Assembly (NCBI GenBank): GCA_001790455.1
Contig: MGCP01000036.1
Location: 353 to 34,191 of the forward strand
DNA length: 33,839 nt
Origin: Candidatus Saccharibacteria bacterium RIFCSPHIGHO2_02_FULL_47_12
GTDB taxonomy: Bacteria; Patescibacteriota; Saccharimonadia; Saccharimonadales; JANWIN01
Reading direction: 5' to 3'
Of the stretch, positions 27,984 through 33,839 are shown piece after piece; the stretch's first letter is position 1; each line of letters starts with the position of its first letter. The position numbers and the translations under genes were made by a program. Below the pieces are notes generated by a model. The model did not search any database. It was given only the letters and a program-made list of their open reading frames with translations, and was not told the origin of the DNA.

Positions 27984-28919
27984 ATGAAGAATCTGGCTAA
28001 AAAGTTGACTCAGCATAACAGGGATCCGTTCTATCGGGGTTATTCTTGGACAACCAAGCTTATGTGGCTTTTGCGGTATCTAGGGGGGCGGGCAACAGCG
28101 CAAATAAGGAAGCTACGATGGACTACTTTGATAACAATCCTAGCGATCCTATCTATACTACCCACCAGCATATATGCAGCTAGTATTGCCCAGGGTTATA
28201 CATCGAGCGACAAAGGGTTGCAGGTAGGCATGGCTGCCTCACTAGTAAATCCAGAATCCGGTACTACCGGTGAGGTAGAAGCGGCGACAAACAAAACCCA
28301 GGACAAGTTTGTAGGAATAGTTACAACAAAAGACACAAATTCAGTAGTTATAACTGACAAAAACCAAACGGTTTATATTACAACAGAAGGACAAACTAAG
28401 GCCCTGGTGTCTGATGTAGGGGGTTTAATCAAGCAGGGAGATCATTTAACGCTCTCACCGCTTAGAGGTTACCTCATGAAGGGTAACTCCTCTGACCTAA
28501 AAAGTGTCGCTGTAGCGCTTGAGGACTTTCCCAGTCAAAACAACACCAAGGTAGAGGTAAAGGACGTAGACAATCAAATAAAAGCTGTACAAGCAGCCTC
28601 TATGGGCGTAGAAGTACGCAGACCAGAGTTTGTAGATGTCACCTATAGCAAGCGCCCACTACTAACAAATTTTGCTCGGTCACTAACGGGTAAAGAGGTA
28701 AGCCAGTGGCAGGTAATTATAGCTCTAGTAATCTTCTTTGTACTTTTGGTAGCCATTGGTTCTGTCATATACAGCGCAGTCCACAGCACCATAGAGGCGC
28801 TAGGGCGGAACCCCTTGGCGAAAGCAGACATCTATAAAGAATTTATGCAGGTTTTGCTCATCTCTGTTGCCATATTAATTTTTGGCGGACTGATGATTTT
28901 CGTACTTTTGTGGTTATAG
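27984..28919 (+). CDS. Exported/membrane protein with C-terminal two-TM hairpin (start uncertain)
   Basis: Signal-like WTTLITILAILSILPTSIYAA; beta-rich middle; TM-IEALGRNPLAK-TM. Confidence 0.8.
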   Translation: MKNLAKKLTQHNRDPFYRGYSWTTKLMWLLRYLGGRATAQIRKLRWTTLITILAILSILPTSIYAASIAQGYTSSDKGLQVGMAASLVNPESGTTGEVEAATNKTQDKFVGIVTTKDTNSVVITDKNQTVYITTEGQTKALVSDVGGLIKQGDHLTLSPLRGYLMKGNSSDLKSVAVALEDFPSQNNTKVEVKDVDNQIKAVQAASMGVEVRRPEFVDVTYSKRPLLTNFARSLTGKEVSQWQVIIALVIFFVLLVAIGSVIYSAVHSTIEALGRNPLAKADIYKEFMQVLLISVAILIFGGLMIFVLLWL

Positions 28920-29162
28920 TTGGTAGTTAAGTACAAGTTGCCTGCAGTGTTGCAAATCATGAATGAAGAAGAGGGTGAATAACCCTATTTCGTAATGTCA
29001 AGATTTTGCAACACTGTGGATAAGTACGGCAAAACGTCACAACAAACACCTTGAAGATAATATATTTTTTACAACGTTAAAGTACGGGAAACAGATAGGC
29101 ATAAGGGTTATTAATTTCATAAAACCAGGTATTAATTTCTAGGGTAAATTATTAGTGCAAAA

Positions 29163-29215
29163 GTCACGTTTTATATCTTGACGCTGTCACGTTTTGGGCG
29201 GATAATTGTCACAGT
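29163..29215 (+). promoter_or_regulatory. Three phased GTCAC boxes (29163, 29186, 29208) overlapping the giant-ORF promoter
   Basis: GTCACGTTTT twice plus GTCACAGT; TTGACG(29178)-17-GATAAT(29201). Confidence 0.75.
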
Positions 29216-29264
29216 AACTGAACACAAAATTTAATAAACCAAAAATAACAAAGCTGATACAAAA

Positions 29265-32200
29265 ATGACTAAAACCTGCCAAGCCTGTAACACAGTTTTT
29301 GAAGGGCGCCGTCATGCCAAGACGTGTTCAGACAAATGCCGCAAGCGGATGCAGCGTTTGGCACAAGCGGCAGCCCAAGAGCTTGAACGGGTTGAGGTAC
29401 GTGCCGAAAATACAGTCCGCGATGTCGCCCGTGAAGTGCGGCGGGACGTGCAGACAATAGAGACTTCTTTGGGCAAAGTTGCAGGAAGCCAAGCAGGGTT
29501 TGCGGCTATAGCCGAGCCACTGGTTGCTCCTGGCGTGGCAAAGCAGGCTTATCAGACTCCGTCACAACCTAGACAGACACAGATTGCCAGTAGCCAGCCC
29601 GTAGCACAGACACCCACCATACCTAGCCCGAGCCCAGAAGCAGATGTGACACCAAACATAGTTTCTGACTTGCCGGTGGCACCGGCTCCCAAACAGTCGG
29701 TACCTCAGCCCAAACCAGTAGAACAAACCGTGCAAATTGTGCACGAGCCCATTTCGCAGCCAGCAGCAGCCCCACCACCAATAACTAACACGGCTAGGCT
29801 AGGTATAGACGTAGTACCTGCTAAACCAAACCAGCCAGTACCTGCACCACAACCCAATTCTTCATACAAATCTGTGGATCCGGATTACATACTAACTCCG
29901 GTTGATTCTAACGCTGGGGTATCAAATTTAGCTAAGCCCGCGCAAACCCAACCAAAACCACCGGTTCAGCCTGCTGTAACCCCGCTGACAGGGCAGGCAC
30001 AACCCCAATCAGTGACAATTCCCACACCCCAAATACCAGTATCGACGTCACTGCCAGAAGCCGAATCGCTAGAATCCCAAACCGTTGCCGAGCAAAAGCC
30101 AGATCAGGCCTTTGCTGGCGCTTCAAGCCAGGACAGCCAACAAAACACCTTTGCCAGCCAGTTCCAACCTCAATCACAGACAGAGGCTAAATCCAGCCAA
30201 CCAGAAGCTAGTGGGCTGGTTAAGGCAAAGAAACGTTTGTTTAAAGTAAACAAAACCTTGGTAAAACTTGCTGGGGTTGCTGCTCTGCTAACTCTTTTGG
30301 TCGGTGGATGGGGTCTGTACATAGGCGATCACACCCGACCAGATACGGGCTCTGTTACACAAAGCATACCAGAGCAAACGCTTGGTCTATCTGCCTCGGA
30401 AATAGCTCGTCTAAGCGGTGACTTTCCTTATAACCAACAACAACAACTGTTAGTCCAGGGAGACGGTATATTTACGGGCAACCTAACGGCGGCTAACTTT
30501 GTGGGCGGTGGTGCTGGTTTGACAAGCCTAAATGCCAGCAATATTTCATCTGGCACCATTAGCGCGGACCGTCTGCCAGATAACGTTACGCTGCTTGGCG
30601 ACAGTATTCCGCTTGCCAACCTGCAGGGTTCGGTCGTATCGAGCCTAAACAACGTTACCAACAATGGCGGAAACATCAATCTGGTGGCTGGCGCTAACAT
30701 TACCATAACAGCCGATGATGCCACCGACGCAATTACCATTAGCGCAGATTTGCTGGGTGGCGGCTCTAGCTTTGGCGACATTTTCAACAACGGCCAAACC
30801 GGCCCGGTTCGTATTGGTACAAACGACGCCACGAGCACCATTTTAGAAACCAATGACACAGATCGGCTAACTATAGACAGTAGTGGCACCTTTACGTTTA
30901 ACGGTAGCGCATCTAGCAACATTGTATTTGGCGGGGTAACAGTCTCTGCCGCCGAGCTAAACCTTCTAGACGGCCACGACGTAGCCCTGGTAGACGTAAA
31001 CGACGCCGTAAATACAGCCATAATTGGCACCGGCGCTCTAAACGTCGGTTCTATAACCTCTGGTTTTGGTTCCATAGACACCGGAAGCGACAACATTACT
31101 ACCACCGGAACAGTCTTTGGCAACAACTTTGACCGGTCTAGCGCCGGAGGACTAACCTTTGGTGACACAAATGCGAGCAGTGTTTCTATTTGCAACTCAG
31201 CAAGCTGCGACACCGTGACCATAGGCACCAACACCGATGCCGACATTATATCTATAGGAGACGGCAGCGATACGCTCAATTTGACTGCTGCTACCACCAC
31301 CGTTAGTGGTCACACCAGTGGTGCTGCTAACGCTTTGGTGGTTACCAACTCTACCAGTACCGGCAATATTTTGGTCCTAAATGACAATATAACTACCGTA
31401 GCTACAGTAGCCGATGGCGGTGCAGTGACCTTCCAAAACTCAGCAGACTCTGCTGCGGCATTACGGATTCTAAATGCTGCTGGCACCGGTATTATTACTG
31501 CCGACACCAGTGCCGGCACGGTAAAGCTTGGAACTTCTGGCTCCTTGACCGGTGGCCTAGTATTTCAGCACGCTGTTGGTGCAGGCAGCATAGTCTTGCT
31601 GGGGGATAACCCGGGTGCTAGCAGCTACACCATCACTCTGCCGGCAGCCACCGGATCGGTTTGTCTAACCTCTGGCAACTGTGCTGGTGTAGGTGGCACC
31701 GGCGACTTACTAAACAACGGACAGCCAGGTGCTATCAGGGTAGGCACAAATGACGCCACCAGTTTGTTCTTAGAAACCAACAACACCGATCGCTTGACCA
31801 TTACAAGTGCTGGCAACGCTACCTACGTAGGCGGCACTACTGGCGATGCTCTAACTATCTCTAACTCTACATCTACCGGCAACATCCTGGTGCTACAAGA
31901 CAACCTAACAAACGTGCTAACTATTGCCGATGGCGGTGCAGCTACCTTCCAAAACTCAGTAGACTCAACCACTGGCTTTAGGGTGCTAGATCTAGATGGC
32001 GGTAACCCTGTTCTAAACGTAGACACACTAAACGAAAGGGTTGGGATTGGCCTATCTAACCCCGGCTATGCACTTGATATAAATGGTGATCTGAACCTGC
32101 AGCTGGGCAATGCCTTTCGCATAGGTGGCACAGCTATTTGTACCAGCGGTGGTTGTGCCGCCGAGGCTGGCTCTGCCAACTACATCCAAAACAGTGCTAG

Positions 32201-33839
32201 CTTGCAGGTAGGGGGCAACTTCTATATAGAGAGCGCTTCTATAAACAGTGTGGCGGGGGCCATAAAAGGCAAAACAGGCCAAGTGTCTGATTTGTTCCAG
32301 CTAGAAGACAGTAATGGTGTAGACGTAGTGACCTTTGGTGCTACCGGAAACTTGCTGGTCAAGCCGTCTACAAACTCTGCCAGTGCATTTCAGGTTCAAG
32401 ACTCGACAGGCAACAACTATATCGCGGCAGATACATCAGGCGGCGCGGTTAACCTATGTAATTCTGCCAATTGCGACACTGTGTCCATCGGCACCAACGC
32501 CGACGCCGATGCCATTAACATAGGCGACAGCCTAGACACCCTTACTCTCACTGGCAGCAGTGCCAGCACTATAGTCCTAAATGGCATAACCGTCTCTGCC
32601 GCCGAGCTAAACCTTCTAGACGGCCACGACGTAGCCCTGGTAGACATAAACGACGCCGTAAATACAGCCATAATTGGCACTGGTGCCCTAAACGTCGGTT
32701 CTATAACCTCTGGTTTTGGTTCCATAGACACCGGAAGCGACAACATCACCACCACCGGCACAGTCTATGGCAACAACTTTGACCGATCTAGTGTTGGAGG
32801 ACTAACCTTAGGTACCACAAATGCCAATGCGGTAACGGTTAGCAATAGTGGAGCCACAACCACTATCAATGGTGCCTCGGTTTCTATATCCAGTAGTGGC
32901 TTTCTTGCCTCTACTACTATTACGGGCGCGCTAACTCTAAATCTTGGTAATGCGACAACGACGGTTATTAATCAACGGTCGTCTGGAGGTGGCGTTATTG
33001 GTATTGGCGACAACGCTGTAGCTAATACCATCTATATCGGCGCCAACGGTGTCAACACAGGCAATACTCAGACAATTTTACTTGGTGCTCTCGGTGCGGC
33101 TGGCACTACCAACGTCACTATCGGTAGTAACAACAACGCCACAGCAGGTACTACTACCATCCAATCAAAAGGCACACTGGCAGTTGGGAATACTATTTCA
33201 CCCACCATCAACATCCAGGGTGGCGCAGCTGGCACCATTGGCATTGGTAATAATGCTGTAGCCAATACCATCCAAATTGGCGCCACCTCTACCGGTGGCA
33301 ATACGCAAACAGTCAACATTGGCACCAACAACGCCGCCGGCACTACCAATGTCACAATTGGCACAGGATCATCCGCCACCGCCGGTACCACTACCATCCA
33401 ATCAAAAGGTGCTCTGGCGCTCGGTAATAGTATCAGCTCATCTATCGCTATCCAGGGTACTGTAGACGGTGGTGGCATAAGTATTGGCACCTCTAATACA
33501 ACCGCCGGCATTGCGCTTGGTGGTAGCACCCAAACAGGTACGATTACCATTGGGCAGTCACTGGTTACGAATACCATTAATATTGGTGCTGCTGGGTCCA
33601 GTTTTGGTACGCAGACTATCAATATTGGCAATACTTCTAATGGGGGCGCTATTGTAAACACAACTTTAGGATACGCGGGCGCCAATAGCACGTCCCCAAC
33701 TGCTTCGGCAACAGTTATCCAATCAGGGAGTGGCAATATCAAACTCAATGCCAATGGTGGTAGTGTGCTGGTTCAAAATTCTACCAACAGCAATACTGCG
33801 TTTATGATCCAGAACGCCAATGCTAGCAATACCATATTC
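29265..33839 (+). CDS. Giant single-pass surface protein (>1525 aa, 3'-truncated): C4 zinc finger, Pro/Gln linker, TM helix, G/T/N/S-rich beta repeats
   Basis: Manual translation from ATG 29265 (MTKTCQACNTVFEGRRHAKTCSDKCRKRMQR...); frame read through the N-terminal third, the repeat modules and the last codons, with no stop seen; consistent with its absence from the ORF track. Confidence 0.9.
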   Translation, partial: MTKTCQACNTVFEGRRHAKTCSDKCRKRMQRLAQAAAQELERVEVRAENTVRDVAREVRRDVQTIETSLGKVAGSQAGFAAIAEPLVAPGVAKQAYQTPSQPRQTQIASSQPVAQTPTIPSPSPEADVTPNIVSDLPVAPAPKQSVPQPKPVEQTVQIVHEPISQPAAAPPPITNTARLGIDVVPAKPNQPVPAPQPNSSYKSVDPDYILTPVDSNAGVSNLAKPAQTQPKPPVQPAVTPLTGQAQPQSVTIPTPQIPVSTSLPEAESLESQTVAEQKPDQAFAGASSQDSQQNTFASQFQPQSQTEAKSSQPEASGLVKAKKRLFKVNKTLVKLAGVAALLTLLVGGWGLYIGDHTRPDTGSVTQSIPEQTLGLSASEIARLSGDFPYNQQQQLLVQGDGIFTGNLTAANFVGGGAGLTSLNASNISSGTISADRLPDNVTLLGDSIPLANLQGSVVSSLNNVTNNGGNINLVAGANITITADDATDAITISADLLGGGSSFGDIFNNGQTGPVRIGTNDATSTILETNDTDRLTIDSSGTFTFNGSASSNIVFGGVTVSAAELNLLDGHDVALVDVNDAVNTAIIGTGALNVGSITSGFGSIDTGSDNITTTGTVFGNNFDRSSAGGLTFGDTNASSVSICNSASCDTVTIGTNTDADIISIGDGSDTLNLTAATTTVSGHTSGAANALVVTNSTSTGNILVLNDNITTVATVADGGAVTFQNSADSAAALRILNAAGTGIITADTSAGTVKLGTSGSLTGGLVFQHAVGAGSIVLLGDNPGASSYTITLPAATGSVCLTSGNCAGVGGTGDLLNNGQPGAIRVGTNDATSLFLETNNTDRLTITSAGNATYVGGTTGDALTISNSTSTGNILVLQDNLTNVLTIADGGAATFQNSVDSTTGFRVLDLDGGNPVLNVDTLNERVGIGLSNPGYALDINGDLNLQLGNAFRIGGTAICTSGGCAAEAGSANYIQNSASLQVGGNFYIESASINSVAGAIKGKTGQVSDLFQLEDSNGVDVVTFGATGNLLVKPSTNSASAFQVQDSTGNNYIAADTSGGAVNLCNSANCDTVSIGTNADADAINIGDSLDTLTLTGSSASTIVLNGITVSAAELNLLDGHDVALVDINDAVNTAIIGTGALNVGSITSGFGSIDTGSDNITTTGTVYGNNFDRSSVGGLTLGTTNANAVTVSNSGATTTINGASVSISSSGFLASTTITGALTLNLGNATTTVINQRSSGGGVIGIGDNAVANTIYIGANGVNTGNTQTILLGALGAAGTTNVTIGSNNNATAGTTTIQSKGTLAVGNTISPTINIQGGAAGTIGIGNNAVANTIQIGATSTGGNTQTVNIGTNNAAGTTNVTIGTGSSATAGTTTIQSKGALALGNSISSSIAIQGTVDGGGISIGTSNTTAGIALGGSTQTGTITIGQSLVTNTINIGAAGSSFGTQTINIGNTSNGGAIVNTTLGYAGANSTSPTASATVIQSGSGNIKLNANGGSVLVQNSTNSNTAFMIQNANASNTIF
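30937..32791 (+). repeat. ~205-bp near-identical intragenic duplication (30937-31141 and 32587-32791)
   Basis: Offset 1650 nt; about 10 substitutions by eye; encodes VSAAELNLLDGHDVALVD.NDAVNTAIIGTGALNVGSITSGFGSIDTGSDNITTTGTV.GNNFDRS. Confidence 0.95.

Noticed and set aside
28920..29260. Chromosomal oriC
   Set aside because: Only one perfect DnaA box seen and no dnaA/dnaN context
29990..30190. Possible frameshift in the giant ORF's Pro-rich linker
   Set aside because: Rechecking across 30000 shows the frame continues (QAQPQSVTIP...) into the TM segment
29269..33754. Minus-strand and alternate-frame ORFs in the track (e.g. 30428-31300, 33068-33754)
   Set aside because: Shadows of the giant + strand ORF's biased codon pattern

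Overview
Chromosomal window from a reduced-genome bacterium, most likely Patescibacteria/CPR and Saccharibacteria-like (inferred from a DUF5663-type gene, short S1 and IF2, gene order and a giant repeat-rich surface protein). It opens with the 3' half of a 23S rRNA carrying a ~150-nt structured expansion of helix 63, then 5S rRNA and a terminator. A ~2.5-kb accessory stretch follows (GGCT-like gene, csaA, nucleotidyltransferase, small ORF, RelB/RelE-type TA pair). It is punctuated by five copies of a degenerate 20-27 bp direct repeat and a displaced duplicate of the csaA 3' end, suggesting an integrase-less cassette array. The middle is housekeeping: rpsA, infB, fmt, def, priA, rpsU, yqeY, adk, map, ftsA, ftsZ, nrdR-nrdJ, ileS, rplU. 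The right end holds the most unusual system: a membrane protein and a >1525-aa ORF that is absent from the ORF track because it runs off the window. That ORF has an N-terminal C4 zinc finger, a Pro/Gln linker, one TM helix and shuffled extracellular repeats. Both genes sit behind near-identical promoters overlaid with three GTCAC boxes phased at 22-23 bp. About 14 genes appear leaderless. All calls are by eye; no searches were run.
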